Source: Octopus vulgaris (lineage: Eukaryota). From it: a stretch of 64,000 nt of DNA. Location of the stretch: assembly GCA_951406725.2 (NCBI GenBank), contig OX597815.1, forward strand, positions 102,424,001 to 102,488,000, written 5' to 3'. Each line of letters opens with the position of its first letter. Positions within the stretch are counted from its first letter, which is position 1. The notes beneath the pieces are model-generated. The model saw only the letters and a program-made list of their open reading frames with translations. It was not told the DNA's origin and ran no database searches. Made by a program: the position numbers and the translations under genes. Below are positions 1 to 11,665 of this stretch, piece after piece.

Positions 1-52
1 ATGTAAATAAACATAAGTTTGTTTCGAAGCGTTGAAATGTATAATAGAAAAA

Positions 53-186
53 TACATTTTTCAACATGTAAATACTGACAGAGCAGTATGTATAGGATAA
101 AATCCTTTAAGAGGAAATTTTTCTGCTCTTGACGTATTTTATCCTACATATGCTGTTCTGTCAGTATTTACTCGTTGAAAAATATA
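53..186. repeat. Imperfect inverted repeat (~50-bp arms, ~30-bp spacer), MITE-like hairpin
   Basis: tttttcaacatgtaaatactgacagagcagtatgtataggataaaat is nearly the reverse complement of attttatcctacatatgctgttctgtcagtatttactcgttgaaaaa (136-182). Confidence 0.85.
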
Positions 187-314
187 TCTTTCTACTTGTT
201 CTCTCTCTCCCTCCCTCCCTCCCTCCCTCCCCTCTCTCGCTCTATCCCTCTCTATGTAACTATACGTGGACTGTTGGCGATTTTTTCCTCCTTCCTTTTC
301 TTTTGGACTTTTGT

Positions 315-355
315 GTTGTTTCCGAGGAAAAGCTTTGCTTCAAACGTAAAGCAAC
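315..355 (+). ncRNA. Degenerate minimal type I hammerhead ribozyme fold (Penelope-like element terminal-repeat remnant)
   Basis: Stem I gttgttt(315-321)/aagcaac(349-355); core ccgagga; stem II aagc-ttt-gctt; caaac-gta with palindromic acgt stem III; core deviates from consensus at U4 and G12. Confidence 0.55.
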
Positions 356-456
356 CGCTGTTTCTTTCCTTCCTTGAGTGTCTTATTAATACTTTGCATG
401 TACCACGTCCTTGCCTTGTTTTTTTAATTATATATACATACATACATACAACAACA

Positions 457-459
<3 letters not shown>

Positions 460-512
<53 letters not shown>
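460..512. repeat. (TA)n microsatellite
   Basis: Direct observation. Confidence 0.95.
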
Positions 513-514
<2 letters not shown>

Positions 515-1428
515 TTATACATACCTATCCATATTTATATACACCTATAGATGTTCATATATATGCATGTGTGTGTGCCTGTGTGAGTATACGAATGTGT
601 GTGTGAACGCACGCGTATATTTGTTGACATATTTTAGATGGATGAAATCACTTGGCAAAGGAAATAAAGGCTTCTGTCAGAAAGGGGAAACATGGGAAAA
701 TGTACTAAAACAAAAGAATAAAATAGAAGTGTGTGTGTATATATATATATATATTATCGTTCATATAACATTTGTGTAGAAATGCTATGTGAACGATAAT
801 TTGATAAAAAAGGGTTTTGTTTAATATCTAATTTCATATATACTTGTGTTGTCGGGGTGTGGGTGAAACGGATAAACGAAATACAATTTATGACAAAAAT
901 TTCTAGTTTTATTTTCGTTAAAATATTAACATCTTTAGAGCAAAGCCTTCGAATGCTGTTCGCCCGCTTTAGCATCTGACGGCCACAAACTCCGTTAGTT
1001 GTTTTACTCTTCTTCCCTAGTGTGAACGATGGGACACATTGCGTTTTATATAAGATTACTATTATTATTTTGGTTTGGTTCAGGTTCTGTCTTCATCCTG
1101 GCAGGATTTATGTGGGTAGCGGGTTACTACCTGTAACCTTAGGTATTACCTTAGGTACTACCTGTAACGCCCGGTCTATTATTTTCTAATTTCTTATCCG
1201 TTTGAATAGGAAAGTCCCACAAAATTTTGCATTCCTCTGACTCCAGTACTCTTTTGAGTCGATGATTGTACCATATGTTTCCAGCTTCAAATTTCCATTT
1301 CTGGCAGTTTCCATTGGAAAACTTTTACAACCTAGTCGTGTCTCCGTTTCTTATATTCTTCCTGTGCCAACTTGGAAGATTTCGTCACAATGTGTACCAC
1401 TGTCACGTTCCAAGTTCTACAAGCTCTA

Positions 1429-1429
<1 letters not shown>

Positions 1430-1506
<77 letters not shown>
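1430..1506. repeat. (TTA)n microsatellite
   Basis: Direct observation. Confidence 0.97.
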
Positions 1507-1507
<1 letters not shown>

Positions 1508-1517
1508 TGTGTGATGA

Positions 1518-1795
1518 AAGGCAGCGGGCTGGCAGAAACGTTTGCACGCCGGGCAAAATGTTTAGCGGCATTCCGTTCTTACGTTCTGAATTCAAATTCC
1601 GCCGAAGTCGACTTTACCCTTCATCCTTTCGGGGTCAATAAATTAAGTACCAGTCAAGTACCGGAGTCGATCTAATCGGCTGATCCTCTCCCCACAAAAT
1701 TTCAGATTATTTCGTGGTCGATAAAATAAGTACCAATTAAATATGGGGTCGATGTAATCGACTATATCCCTCCCCCAAATTCCAGTCCTTGTGAC
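1518..1795 (+). mobile_element. tRNA-derived SINE (family A) plus a partial second 3' half
   Basis: Head aaggcagcgggctggcagaa, B-box-like gaattcaaattcc, body gtcgactttacccttcatcctttcggggtc; about ten related copies in the window. Confidence 0.85.
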
Positions 1796-1796
1796 T

Positions 1797-1945
1797 ATGG
1801 TTGACTATTCGTGGATCAAAGGGACATGCAACGTCAACTATATAGCATATGTGGTGCACCTTGACCACCACTACTAGGTCCGGTCTGTTATGCTCTAGCA
1901 CCTGATCTGTGTGGATTGGGAATTTCCAGACGATTTTGCTAGTCT
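1797..1945 (-). mobile_element. Dong/R4-like non-LTR retrotransposon fragment (restriction-like endonuclease)
   Basis: WKFPIHTDQVLEHNRPDLVVV...IVDVACPFD = RLE PD..D motif. Confidence 0.75.
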
Positions 1946-1949
1946 CCGA

Positions 1950-2830
1950 TCCTGCCATTCTCTACGGTTAGTATTCAGTAGCTTTATTTTTATCACGTGC
2001 TTTCACTGCACTACTGAGCGCAGCTCTGTCTTCGGTACGTGCTGTGGTTTGTTGTGGTGCTCTTATTTTCACTGTATTGAAAGTGATTTAAGTAGGATGT
2101 GTGTGGTGCCTAGTAGTTCTATTTTTTGCATGTTATGTATACTTATAAGTCCTGGGGATTTTGTTATGCATTTCTCTGAATGTTTCTTTTATCATACCTG
2201 ATGCGCCTACTTTAATAGGAATTGTTTTTGTTTTTAGGCTCCACATTCGAGTTATTTCTGCTTCCAGATCTTTGTATTTTGAAAGTTTCTCCGTTTCTTT
2301 TAGAGAAATATTGTCATCTGTTGGTATTGATACATCGATTGGAAAGCATTTTTTCTTGGTGATCTCTGACAACTATATCCGGCATTTTGACCCTGGTTTC
2401 TCTATCTGTGTGTATTGGCATATCCTACAGTATGGTTGCTTTCTCATTTTCTGTGATTTTTCTGTTGCTATTCCATAGTGTTGGCATAGCTTCCAGTGTA
2501 TATAGGTCCCGACTCTGTCGTGTCTCTGAATATATTCCTTTTTAGCCAGGACACATATTCTGCAGTTACTTGTATTTCTTTTCATTACGGGTTTCTGGTG
2601 ATTTCTGGTGGGAAGGCTTTGATCTTGTGCTGCAACTAAAAGTCCTTCAGTCTCTGCTTTGCGACATGAGCTTCTCAGCTATTGTTGGGATTTTGCTTTT
2701 TCTAGTTCTTTTCTGTTTAGCTTAACCCAATATTTGCGATGTAGGAACATTTCTTGCTATAGTTTTATCATGGTACTTTGCTGTTACAGTTTTAGCTTGG
2801 ATTTCACTTCTATTTTTTTCTTCGTAGTTG
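1950..2830 (-). mobile_element. Dong/R4-clade LINE 3' portion, decayed
   Basis: CRIC..LAKKEYIQRHDRVGTYIHWKLCQHYG (zinc knuckle/RHD motif) and CFPIDVSIPTDDNISLKETEKLSKYKDLEAEITRMW (RLE); frameshifted. Confidence 0.85.
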
Positions 2831-2856
2831 TTAGGTACTATGACTTCTTTTTTGTA

Positions 2857-2916
2857 TTATGATTATTATTATCATCATCATCATCATCATCATCATCCTC
2901 ATCATCATCATCATCA

Positions 2917-2980
<64 letters not shown>

Positions 2981-3001
2981 TACTATTATTATTACTATTA
3001 C

Positions 3002-3040
<39 letters not shown>

Positions 3041-3066
3041 CATTATTATTATTATTATTATTATTA

Positions 3067-3136
<70 letters not shown>
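2857..3136. repeat. Compound (CAT)n/(TAT)n microsatellite
   Basis: Direct observation. Confidence 0.97.
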
Positions 3137-3414
3137 GTTATTGTCTTTGCACAGCTTCTAACGCTGGAGATGTGCTACATTGTCAGCTGTTCACTACTTT
3201 ATTTTTCGAGCACCATCCGAAGTATTCGAGCGGTTCCAAGCAGTGCTATTTTCTGAAAGTGCTGCACCCTTACTGCAGCCCTATTTGTTCCATGTACTTC
3301 TCGACATTTTTACTCACTATTCCCAGGGCTCCAACAATTATTGGTGGTGCCATCATCTTTTTCAGCGATCACAACTGCTTAACCTCCGAAGCTAACCTGT
3401 TATATTTATCGACT
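3137..3414 (-). mobile_element. Dong/R4-like LINE extreme 3' end embedded in a TAA array
   Basis: Minus strand encodes KYNRLASEVKQL... and QKIALLGTARILRMVLEK*, then a short UTR running into (TAA)n. Confidence 0.8.
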
Positions 3415-3436
3415 ATCATCATCATCATCATCATCA

Positions 3437-3520
<84 letters not shown>

Positions 3521-3565
3521 TTGTTGTTGTTGTTTTTGCTGTTGTTGTTGTTATTATCATCATCA

Positions 3566-3662
<97 letters not shown>

Positions 3663-3665
3663 CAT
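3415..3665. repeat. Compound (CAT)/(TAT)/(GTT) microsatellite
   Basis: Direct observation. Confidence 0.97.
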
Positions 3666-3666
3666 T

Positions 3667-3808
3667 AAGGCGGCGAGCAGGCAGAATCGTTAGCACTTCG
3701 ACCGCTTTCGGTGTTAATAAAATAGGTACCAGTTGAGCACTAGGCTCGATGTAATCGACTTACCCTCTGCTCCGAACTTGCTGGCGTTGTGCCAAAATTT
3801 GAAACCAT
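3667..3808 (+). mobile_element. SINE family A, internally deleted
   Basis: Head aaggcggcgagcaggcagaatcgttagcac; tail gtgccaaaatttgaaacc. Confidence 0.8.
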
Positions 3809-4029
3809 TATCATTATTATTATTATTTCTTATACAATGTAAATCCTATATATGTTCTTGAGTTAGCTTCTTACTCGAAGTTCCAAATAAAAATATTTTA
3901 TAAGTTTGTTAGAAAACAGCTACAGACTTCCACTAGGCTGTTTAATTTTATTCGCTTCCAAATATTCTGTATAGGCGAATATAAAATTTACACACACACA
4001 CTTACACATATGTATATAGTATATAAGTA

Positions 4030-4032
<3 letters not shown>

Positions 4033-4113
<81 letters not shown>
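4033..4113. repeat. (CA)n(TA)n microsatellite
   Basis: Direct observation. Confidence 0.95.
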
Positions 4114-4116
<3 letters not shown>

Positions 4117-4727
4117 GACATTCTCTTCTTCGTATACACATACATACACACTCCCATTTACGCATCAGGATAAAAACTGGATGCAGATGTTAGCAAACGT
4201 ACTAGATAGAAATTGGTCTATTTAGTCTTCTGCCTTCAGGTCAGTTAGTTCTATTCGATTACGTAAAATGTGTAGGAATCTATAGCAGAGTTTTATCTAT
4301 TGTTTTCTGTAAACATGGTTATATTGGTAGTTGACAAAAACAAGGTGCAGTGAAGGAAATTTTCATCGTAGTAGATGGATGTTAACATACTTAGGCTCTC
4401 ATGTATACATGTATGTGTCATTATTTAGCTTTGTTTCAATATTTCATGCCAGTACAGAAGGAGTTGGTTTCTAACCTAGATCCACGACTTCTTCATTGGT
4501 TTTATGTATGTATTCTCGTGTTTATAGTTGCATGTCTAGACATGCTTATATATATTTAAGTGATTAACTTCTGGAAAGTTTTACAGATTTTTACAGTTCC
4601 AGAGATGTATTGGATCTGTAGTCTTCGAATTAGCTTTCTCCTTTCTGGTTTTGAGAAGCCAGGCAGTGTATTGCATATTACGGTGCCCCATTAATTATTG
4701 GCATAAACCTGAACTTGTAATCTGGAT

Positions 4728-4880
4728 ACATGTATGTATGTATGTATGTATGTATGTATGTATGTATGTATGTATGTATGTATGTATGCATGCATGCATG
4801 CATGCATGCATGTATGTATGTATGTATGTATGTATGTATGTATGTATGTATGTATGTATGTGTGTGTATGTATGTATGTA
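4728..4880. repeat. (TATG)n/(CATG)n microsatellite
   Basis: Direct observation. Confidence 0.95.
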
Positions 4881-4959
4881 AATGAGTGTATGTTTCTATC
4901 TATATACTATTTCATTCTTTTCTTTTATTCTTTTATGTGTTCTACTCCAAAGGCTGTAG

Positions 4960-6125
4960 CCATGCTGGGGCACCACCATGTATTATCACTTTTTCAATGG
5001 CCATTCATTTTTTGATTGGCTTTTGGTAAAGGAGGGAGTTCAACATTGTTGTTTCTTATTGTGATGTAAGTTCATCTGGCACCGCAGATAGCAGGAAGTC
5101 AAATTGTTTCTTAAAAACATCTATTCCTACTCCATGTAGATCTCCCAGATGTTTTTGGTAAGTTATTAAATAGTTATAGACGTTTGAAACCCAAGCTATT
5201 GCAGTACATAGTCCTCACTCTCGACAGGAAGGGTGGGACCTTTGGAACAGTGCTGCGACATCCAGTTTGGGAGATGACATAGCTCTCTGTGCCAGAGATT
5301 GGTGCCAAAACCTCTAGGATATTCCATATGTTATATCCCTGCATATATTACCCGCCTTCGTTTCAAGGAGTAGAATCATATTTCTTTCAGTCTCTCCCAG
5401 TAGCTCAGCTGTTCCAATAATGCAATCTTCCTGGTGTAGCTTCGCTTAACTGCCTCAAATTCCGCTATTAATTTGATACTGTTGGTTGACGACTGAGGAT
5501 TATTGTCCTCCATAGAACCAGCATAGTTTCCTGATTCCTTGTTCTGAAGGTTCTCAGAATCTATCCGGCCATTCGCCAGCACATTACCACCATCTTGATG
5601 ATGTGTACGTGAAACGAGGTGTTGCTACTGATCTCAACTCCAAGACCACGCACTGTACTTGACTCTGGAATTGCTGCTCCTTTTGGTTTAAAATATGTTT
5701 GCACAAACTGGCTGATATCGAAGGGCTTGGAATTTTTGCATGTTGTTTTCCTCAGCCCATTTATACATGGTATCTAGGTCTTTCTGTTGAAAATTAGCAT
5801 CGAAAGTTTCCTTGACTGCATGTATTACGTTTGTGTTGTCAACATAGCTAGTAAGTGTCAACATAGCTAGTCTGTGTAACTGATGTCATGTCCGAAAGAG
5901 CTACTATGAACAACAGCGTCCCCAAGACAGCTCCTTGACGCACTCCACTTGCTACCGCTGTCTCCTTGTCACATCCTAAGCTCTGTCCCAGTTTTCTGGC
6001 TATGGTGAGTCTTCATAGCTGGTGACATATCATCCTGTGATCAACATTATCGGAAACCTTTGCAAAATCGATATATATCATAACCACGTTTGGATATGAT
6101 TCATTACTTGTTTCAACTATATAAT
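4960..6125 (-). mobile_element. CR1-group LINE, decayed RT and 3' region
   Basis: IYIDFAKVSDNVDH (RT motif), SGVRQGAVLG-like segment, LSYWERLKE..YSLKRRR C-terminal signature. Confidence 0.75.
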
Positions 6126-6877
6126 GTATGTATATATACATATATAATTTTTGTTTGTATGTGCTTACATACATACTTACATACATGCACACACATATAC
6201 ACACACACATATATGCATAAATATTATGTCTATATATGAATATATTTATGTGTGTTATGATTGTAATATAGTCTACGTATTCCAGGTCATCGGCCATGGC
6301 TAAGTTGGGACACACCATTAACAGAAATCAATAATGAACAAAACGAAAAAGTGTGGAATATGGAACTCTTTACGAATTTGCGTGTCAATTTTGCAAAGGG
6401 GCCATTATAATTTTTTTTGCATCCTTCCATACAATATTACAAACTATTCTGGATTATCTCTGAAATCATACATGGTGCTGCATGAACTTGGTTGTGGAAG
6501 CTGAAACAAACTAAGCAATTAAAATACGTAAACAAGGGGAAATTAACTTGAAATAAAATCACTTATAATCAGAGTGACATGCTTCTTTATTGGTCGTTGT
6601 TTTGCTAACCTGGTCGATGATGAAGAAGATAACTCTTCTTCATCATTGTTTCAATCTGGCCTTTTATAGTATTTAACAGCACAATCTTTATTGACACGCT
6701 GATGTTATTTCGTAGAGATTACTACCAACTTCACTGTGTTTCTCCAATGCAGAATTCCAAAATTTAGACATATCTATACAGGGAAAAAATGCAGGAACTT
6801 TTGGACGTTCAGCCAACAGAAAAGAGATAATTCTATATCAAAATAACTTTAGAAATTTTTATTCCGACTAGATCAAC

Positions 6878-7190
6878 ATAGCTGGTACTCCGTCGGTTAC
6901 GACGACGAGGTTTCCAGTTGATCCAATCAACGGAACAGTCTGCTCGTGAAATTAAAATGCAAGTGGCTGAGCAATCCACAGACATGTGTACCCTTAACGT
7001 AGTTCTCAGGGAGATGCAGTGTGATAAAGAATCTAACGAGGCTGGCTCTTTGAAATACAGGTACTGTTCATTTTTGACAGTTGAGTGGTCTGGAGAAAAG
7101 TGAAATAAACTGTCTTGCTCAAGGACACAGCGTACTACCAGAAATCGAATTCACGATCTTAAGATCGTGAGCCAAATACCCGCTAACCAT
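6878..7190 (-). mobile_element. SINE family C
   Basis: ctccgtcggttacgacgacgagg...ttgatcc...cttgctcaaggacacag; second copy at 51385-51675. Confidence 0.75.
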
Positions 7191-7576
7191 CAGGTCACTT
7201 TATTTTATCGTTCAGTTGTACACCTGAGAACCTCTAAGCAGTCGAGCCAGCAGCTGGAAATAGTAAGCAACTCTTTCTTCAAGGAAACCGTAATGTTTGT
7301 TTTTAAATTCATGAGACATCGAATAAGACATTCCTGGACCCGAAATATCTGGCAAATATGCGTTGTTACAACTGTAACTCTTTAGTCATAGGTTAGCTTG
7401 ACCAACGATCATCTTTGACTAAATAACTACATCTAGCAGTCATTAATTTGCGTGTTCTATTGATTCAACTAACATCTTTCATTTAAAATGAGTTCCTATA
7501 TTGTACATAGATACGTAAATATATGCAGGCATGCATACATATATACATACATACACACGTATGCACGTGAGCGCAC

Positions 7577-7629
<53 letters not shown>

Positions 7630-7631
7630 CA

Positions 7632-8003
7632 CGCAGGCATAGCTGTTTGCTCCCCAACCACATAGTTTCTGGTTCAGTCCTTGGGCAAGTGTCTTTTGCT
7701 ACTGCCCCAGGCTGACCAAAGTCTTCTGAGTGGATCCGGTAGACGAAAACTGAAAGAAGCCCTTCGTTTACATATGTATATATCTATGTATTTGTATTTG
7801 TGTTTGTCCCCGGCACCATTTGACAATCGGTGGTGGTTTGTTTGAGACCCCGTAATTTTGCGATTCTGCAAAAAGTGACCGTTAGGATAAGTACCAGACT
7901 TAAAAGAAAATAAGTATTGGGGTCGATTTGTTCAGCTAAACCCTTGAAGACGGTGACCGAGCATGGCTACAGTTCAATGAGTGAAATGAATGAAAATAAA
8001 AGA
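7632..8003 (+). mobile_element. tRNA-derived SINE family B
   Basis: Head gcaggcatagctg...ggttcagtcc, core ttgggcaagtgtctt, body ggtagacgaaaactgaaagaagccc; homologous to 30392-30817 (-). Confidence 0.8.
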
Positions 8004-8274
8004 TATATCCGTGTGCGTGGATGTGATTGTCGTTTCTTAAGAAAAAATACAGCTAGAAGTTGAAGGCGCGAAGTGATAATGGAAAGCTTTGAATGCATTT
8101 TACATGTTGCATGGATAGATTGTCACAATGATGTAAGCATATAACTATGGCATGCCTGGCTAATAACCTTCATCTTCCAAATAAAAATAGGAAATATCCC
8201 AAATAACAACAAAAAGTATAGAAATTGACCAGTGAAAGCATACCACCTACTTTCATTCCTTTGTGAACCATTAA

Positions 8275-8495
8275 CCCATTAGCATTCAAACCGGCCATAT
8301 CAGGTACAAACGTTTTACATACTTTATGTTCAAACAGGGCAGATCTGGTCTGTCACACCTACCCTACAATGCCATTCTGAAAAATAAGCTATCACATCAT
8401 CGAAATCTTAAAGCTACAAGACAATGCATGATTAATTTTAAACAATGTGAATAAATAAGTATTATATTTGATAGAGAAATATGAATGCTAAGGGG
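8275..8495. mobile_element. piggyBac-type MITE (~220 bp)
   Basis: TTAA|cccattagcattca ... tgaatgctaagggg|TTAT: 14-bp TIR with 1 mismatch and a TTAA-like TSD. Confidence 0.7.
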
Positions 8496-8499
8496 TTAT

Positions 8500-9075
8500 A
8501 AAAACCCATTACAAAGAGTTGACACACTCAGTTATTAAGGCTCTGAATACTAGACTTTGTACCTCTGAACTTTACATTATCAAAGCAAAGGATTAAATCC
8601 AATAAAACCAAAAATATCTAAACTACAAACACAGCCTGTGCCTACCTAACCAAAGGTACACCTAAAGATCCACATTTGCTTACAAAGCTCTACATACCTG
8701 GATAAATTCTAAACAATAGAATAACCCCCAAATTTAATCAATAACAATTTTTCAAAAACAATCCATCCTAAAATCTAATGACCACATCACTCAAACTCAC
8801 ACATCCAAGGAAGTCTTCAACTCAACAGAGACGATATAAAGCCAAGATAAATTTTAATGCATCGCAGTCCGACGATGGCTAAACTGGTTGAAACTTCGAA
8901 GTTCCTGTCAATTTTCTTTTTTAAGAATAAACACCACCAGTCGCACGCACACACACACGTGCACATAAGTATGTATGTACTTATCTATTCCTTTGAGAAA
9001 TGTTGAAAAATAGAGGCTCTGAAACTTCAGCTCCTGTCATTGTTTGTCTTTCATGGAGATTTTCCTTCTTTTAAT
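8500..9075 (+). mobile_element. Penelope-like element 3' remnant with terminal repeat
   Basis: agactttgtacctctgaactttacattatcaaagcaaaggattaaat resembles a GIY-YIG C-terminus (RLCTSE..II...GLN); hammerhead-like fold follows, with a partial second copy at ~9021-9040. Confidence 0.5.
8864..8908 (+). ncRNA. Degenerate minimal type I hammerhead ribozyme fold
   Basis: gcagt-ccgacga-t-ggct aaact ggtt-gaaac-ttcgaa-gtt-cctgt; aacttcgaagtt is a perfect palindrome in the stem III position. Confidence 0.55.
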
Positions 9076-9379
9076 AAAACACATTTATTTCTAAGCACAT
9101 TACAAGAATGTCTCCTTATGGAATGCCTACAGAAATCTTAAAAAATTTTCACATTGGACTAATCTAATCGCGTTTCCTTACACATTGTAATTATCATATT
9201 CAGATCCTTCCTGACTGAAAAGGTCAAATATTTTTTTTTACTGTTTCACTTATTTGATTTTATTCTCCTCGACCAAAATCAACTAAAAATAAAAATGATT
9301 TTTAGAGATGTTCTTAAGTACACGAAATTCTACAATTTTTAATTTGAATTTTGGAAGTAAAAAAATGAATTAACATAAA

Positions 9380-10070
9380 TGGAAACCTTTTCAAATTTTA
9401 ATTCCTAACAACCAATGATTTGGAGTAATTAGACACTGATTTTTCTGTAAATGTCATGCTAATAGTAAACGTATCAAGGTTGATCTGACATTTCTTACAG
9501 ACCGAATGAATATTTTTCAGCATTATCTTGAAAAAATAACTGCTAACGGAAAATTGAAGGAGGAAAGAATTAATAACGACCAATTAAAAATAGGCAAATT
9601 AACAGATTAAATTGAGAAAGGGCTCAGAAAAAATTCTACTTAAGCATATTGTCCTTAAGCAAATATTTAAAGGGATCGCCAGTGTATAAAATAATTCCAT
9701 ATCGTTTAACCGGATATAATAAAGTTAATTTTCATTGAAATATAGTGTTAGCTTTTATCTATCTGGAATTTGTATACCTATTAAAAAGACATTTAAATAC
9801 ATTTAATGATCAAATACATTTCATCTCAGAACAGATTGCGTTTTATGTCTCTGGAAAAATATAATTTAGTCCTCTGAAAAATGTTTTTAGACAATATTAT
9901 CTTTCTTTGTTAACAGGTCCCAACAGATCTCATTTCTGTTTAATATAAACATATCACAAAATCTTCAACAGCAATCATAGTCTACTGCCAAAAATATATC
10001 TTTTGTCATGGGTTAATATCATTCAACTAATGCATTAGCATACGGTATTAATAAAGAATCTTAACATAGG
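9380..10070 (-). mobile_element. Highly decayed hAT-like transposase C-terminus (tentative)
   Basis: TISMTFTEKSVSNYSKSLVVRN is loosely similar to the hAT dimerisation motif TIPVTSASAERSFSKLKLIKN. Confidence 0.3.
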
Positions 10071-10599
10071 CTGCTAATCTCTTTCCAACAACCTATTTTA
10101 AAAAGTAAACAAATTAAGTTTTTACATATTATGTAGTGCAGCCGACCAACTTCGCAAATACAAAGTTTTTATTTCGTAACCACGTGGTTTTGCTTCGCAA
10201 ATACGTGTTTTCTGGTTCGAGCCTATTGCACGCTATAAGTTGAACATGTTTTCTATTATAGCCTCTAGTTGAAGAAATCCTTGTTAGTTAAATTTGGTAA
10301 ATAGAAACATGTCGTAACCCCGTCAAAAGGCCCATTGATGTTCTTGGTCGGTAGAAGTAGCTTGTCACAAAGTTTAAAATCATTAGTTGTTCCAAATATG
10401 ACTTAGCGGAGTTCGGTTTGTTGCAAGCGTTCACGTTTGATATCTACTCTTGAGATAACCTACTCGCTTCTTCCTGCCACTGTAAGAGTTCCTGAAAATA
10501 GTCTTAGACACTGCTGTTCATCCTATGACTAAGCTATTGAAAACAAAAGGAAGAGCCAGCTGCTCTGAACATCGTTGACGGAAAGGTTTACATTAGTAA

Positions 10600-11665
10600 A
10601 AACACACTACTACTTGATGCTACAGGGTTCTGTGGACAAATTGCACGACCCAGTCATTAATATTGATGAGAAAGGAATGATGCACGTGTGAGAAAAGATG
10701 TTGAGGTGATAATGTCCAAACTGCAAATGAAAGAGATGATATCTGTATAGAACATAGCTGGACTGGAACAAAACAAATGGACATATGGCCTCCTGCCAGA
10801 ACAGCGAGGCGGGAGATGTTTGAACTAGAGGATTTTGTCAGTTTCAAAAGACTATGTACATAACTAAAGCAGCAGGGTTAAGAAAATAATACATATGAGA
10901 GACAGTTAAACGAACGGAGCTATTATGAAGGATGTTGTGCAAAATGAAGCCCTTTCGGTTCGGTTGTAATTCTTTATGAGAGTGGCACACAATAAGCTTC
11001 TGTGTCTTAGTTATATTAAACAGTGGGGCTTCAGTGACATGACTATTTGCCATCAGTGTGGCGGTTACGCTTAGGTGAAGTATATTAGAACACCGAGCAT
11101 GTCATTCCACGAAGAATACTTCTGGTGTCTTAACCAAATCTTGAACATTGTTGCAGATACACTAAAACAGCAACACATAAAAATAAAAGTGATGAGAATC
11201 AATACGAAGTTGTATTTTATTTTTAACAAGGAGAGCAACAAAGGGAAATGCAAAAGTATAAGGACGCGGAGGCCAAGATAGAAATGTCTTAATGGCTCGA
11301 ATAATTAGAAAGTGCAGGCGGAGTTGAAGGAACCTCACATTTCCCCAAACAGTATTGTAATGATAAACATAATCCTGGTAGTTGATGGAACTTTGGCAGA
11401 GTGAAATAGAAAGAAGGAGCATGTGAAAGAAAATACTTAAAATTTTAAGGACTTACAGAATTGCGAGAGGGACAAGGATGGCAGTTAAGGTAGGAGAGAT
11501 GAAATTGGAAAACTGTAGAGGAAAGGAGAAAGCGTTCCATTATGAATACGGCCGAGTCATCTGAGAGAAAGACTAAAGCTGCGAGCGAAGAACAAGTCTT
11601 CAGCGAGTATTAAAACAAAACTGTTTGGTGGAAGCAGCTGCCACAGTTTGGCAAAGTAACTGCAG
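10600..11665 (+). mobile_element. HERO/NeSL-like non-LTR retrotransposon 3' region, decayed
   Basis: Across frames: KPFRF..FFMRVAHNKL..IKQWGFSDMTICHQCGG..EYFWCLNQILNIVADTL (CCHC + RHD-like), then RLE remnants and VEAAATVW. Confidence 0.6.

Noticed and set aside
1518-1600. tRNA-like A/B boxes at SINE heads
   Set aside because: No complete cloverleaf; these are SINE promoters, not tRNA genes
129-4881. Poly-I/Y/L/N and YI/CV-repeat ORFs, with similar ones at 40.6 kb and 55.5-60.2 kb
   Set aside because: They are translations of stop-free microsatellites with no coding signal
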